Part shown: piece by piece, positions 62,755 to 64,000 of the stretch
Layout of the letters: each line of letters starts with the position of its first letter
Position numbering within the stretch: position 1 is the first letter of the stretch
Origin: an uncultured archaeon
GTDB taxonomy: Archaea > Nanobdellota > Nanobdellia > Pacearchaeales > GW2011-AR1
Assembly: GCA_902385635.1 (NCBI GenBank)
Contig: CABMGN010000008.1
Coordinates: 130,894 to 194,893, forward strand
DNA length: 64,000 nucleotides
Direction: 5' to 3'
Made by a program: the position numbers and the translations under genes
The notes under the pieces: generated by a model
What the model saw: only the letters and a program-made list of their open reading frames with translations
Told to the model about the DNA's origin: nothing
The model's database searches: none

Positions 62755-63414
62755 ATGGGTGAGATAAAAGAGGATATACTGGATTTACAGAATCAAATAG
62801 ATTTTCTGAAGAGGGAATTACTTCATTTAAAAAGGGAAATCTCTTCCCTAAAAGACTTACTCTTAAATTATTCTTCAAAAACTGATCCGCAGAAGGGGGG
62901 TCTTTCACCAGCAATTGTTGATTTTAGCCAGACAGACAGACAAAGAGCACCAATCAATAATAGCCTTTTTAAGCCGTTAAAAGCCAAGATTCTTGGTATC
63001 TCCATAGGAAATGGGGGGGTTCCAGCAGACAGAAAGACAGACCAGCAGACAGATAAATTAGGGGTATTTGACCAGAGAGACCCCCTAAAGGAAGCTCCAA
63101 AGTTATTAGAATCCCTCGACGATCTCCGTCGGGAAATACGCCTTAAATTTAAACAACTTACAGAACAGGAGTTCCTAGTTTTTTCAGCTATATACCAATT
63201 GGAGGAAGAGCGTGGATCCTGTGATTATAGGCTTCTGGCTACCCACTTAAACCTAACTGAGAGTTCTATACGAGATTATGTTGTTAAACTAATCAAGAAG
63301 GGAATTCCCGTCGAGAAAACAAAATTAAATAATAAATCAGTTACGCTCTCTATATCAAAAAATTTAAAAGTAATTTCTACTCTCCCGACGATATTTCAGT
63401 TAAGAAACTTATAG
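62755..63414 (+). CDS. Coiled-coil plus C-terminal winged-helix DNA-binding protein
   Basis: 219 aa. An N-terminal coiled coil (LDLQNQIDFLKRELLHLKREISSLKDLL), a central GNGGVPADRKTDQQTDK segment, and a C-terminal HTH (LTEQEFLVFSAIYQLEE...YRLLATHLNLTESSIRDYVVKLIKKGIPV). TTTTTATA lies at 62726..62733. Confidence 0.5.
   Translation: MGEIKEDILDLQNQIDFLKRELLHLKREISSLKDLLLNYSSKTDPQKGGLSPAIVDFSQTDRQRAPINNSLFKPLKAKILGISIGNGGVPADRKTDQQTDKLGVFDQRDPLKEAPKLLESLDDLRREIRLKFKQLTEQEFLVFSAIYQLEEERGSCDYRLLATHLNLTESSIRDYVVKLIKKGIPVEKTKLNNKSVTLSISKNLKVISTLPTIFQLRNL
63007..63020 (+). repeat. Second copy of the origin G-string box GGAAATGGGGGGGT
   Basis: The 14-mer is identical to 61479..61492 in the oriC right box. 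It is followed by two copies of CCAGCAGACAGA (63022..63033 and 63042..63053) spaced 20 nt apart. Confidence 0.7.
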
Positions 63415-63711
63415 AAAGCTTCTTCTAAGTAGTTATTCTGTTTAACGAATATCTAATTCTCTCTTTTCACCCGTGTTTTTGCCCAGATCAAAGCTCTTTT
63501 ATTCTATCTTTAACTTTCTCAAATTCTTTGGTAATTTCAAACAAATCTTCACTTTTTCTCTGCTTTTTATAAAAAAAGGACATATTTTCTTTAATTATAA
63601 CTCTCATTTTTTATGTTTACCCCCAAAAAGCTCACTTTTTATCTTTTAGGCTGATCTTTTTGTTAGTTTTTTAGTATTTTTTAATTAGCTTAACTCTCAC
63701 TTTCGGTCTTT

Positions 63712-63933
63712 TTACCTCTTTTTTGGTCGTTTTTGGCCATTTTCTCTCATTTTTGCTCTTTTTAGTAGTTTTTCTTTGATTTCTTCAGGGATAAATACCC
63801 TCTTTTTCCCATTTCTTTCAATTACTTCCTCTACAATACCCGGGCTTTTTTGTCTAATGGTATTTATCTGTCCGCGGATAGTTGATCTTTCCTTTCCCAT
63901 CATTGCAGCAAGGTCATCATAACTTAGTTTCAT
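63712..63933 (-). CDS. Small HTH DNA-binding protein with a basic tail
   Basis: 73 aa. SYDDLAAMMGKERSTIRGQINTIRQKSPGIVEEV resembles the HTH of 62755..63414 (LNLTESSIRDYVVKLIKKGIPVE). The C-terminal tail is K/R-rich. Confidence 0.45.
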   Translation of the reverse strand: MKLSYDDLAAMMGKERSTIRGQINTIRQKSPGIVEEVIERNGKKRVFIPEEIKEKLLKRAKMRENGQKRPKKR

Positions 63934-64000
63934 GTCTGAGTTAAGGATTATCCAGATAACGGCTCTTTCTGTTACTGAGAATTGTTCTAAATTGGGAGAT

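Noticed and set aside
63601-63760. Recurrent CTCAYTTTT strings, considered as possible iterons.
   Set aside because: They are irregularly spaced and partly inside the K/R-rich tail of CDS 63712..63933. They are consistent with strand T-richness and low complexity rather than a defined repeat.

Overview
This is a compact, low-GC, gene-dense window with very short intergenic gaps and many start/stop overlaps. All calls rest on motif-level reading of the supplied translations and the DNA; no database search was run.

The core genes are clearly archaeal:
- Replication and repair: PolD DP1/DP2, Orc1/Cdc6, RadA, RPA, a GINS-like protein, a RecJ/GAN-like DHH protein, Hef helicase with an XPF nuclease, and EndoQ.
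- Translation and RNA: L44e, S3Ae, S15, Nop10, aEF-1beta, aIF2-alpha, archaeal-type TyrRS and Bud32.
- Targeting and metabolism: SRP54/FtsY and ApgM.

The small proteins, low GC and abundance of surface proteins suggest a small-genome, DPANN-like archaeon. That placement is inference.

Other features:
- Four intron-less tRNAs: Val-GAC, Thr-UGU, Gln-UUG and Arg-GCG.
- A probable oriC at 61225-61594. It has a 150-bp stretch of 6% GC flanked by inverted G-string boxes, lies next to orc1/cdc6-DP1-DP2, and gene orientation diverges from it.

Most notable content:
1. A 10.6-kb single-strand type IV pilus-like locus (27266-37863). It holds an extended secretion ATPase, a SIMPL protein, a large platform protein, at least 7 proteins with class III signal peptides, three unlisted micro-ORFs and an A24 prepilin peptidase.
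2. A GAF-GGDEF diguanylate cyclase wedged between tyrS and polD.
3. A three-gene cassette (PEP-utilising-enzyme-like protein, DEDDh exonuclease, C39-like peptidase) inserted into the normally adjacent aIF2alpha-Nop10 pair.
4. Hef split from its nuclease by a single in-frame TAG.
5. A recurrent TM-hairpin / 'TGNAV' motif family, plus two giant paralogous surface proteins that share a leader.
6. A very regular TATA box about 22-29 nt upstream of ATG codons, which implies leaderless mRNAs.
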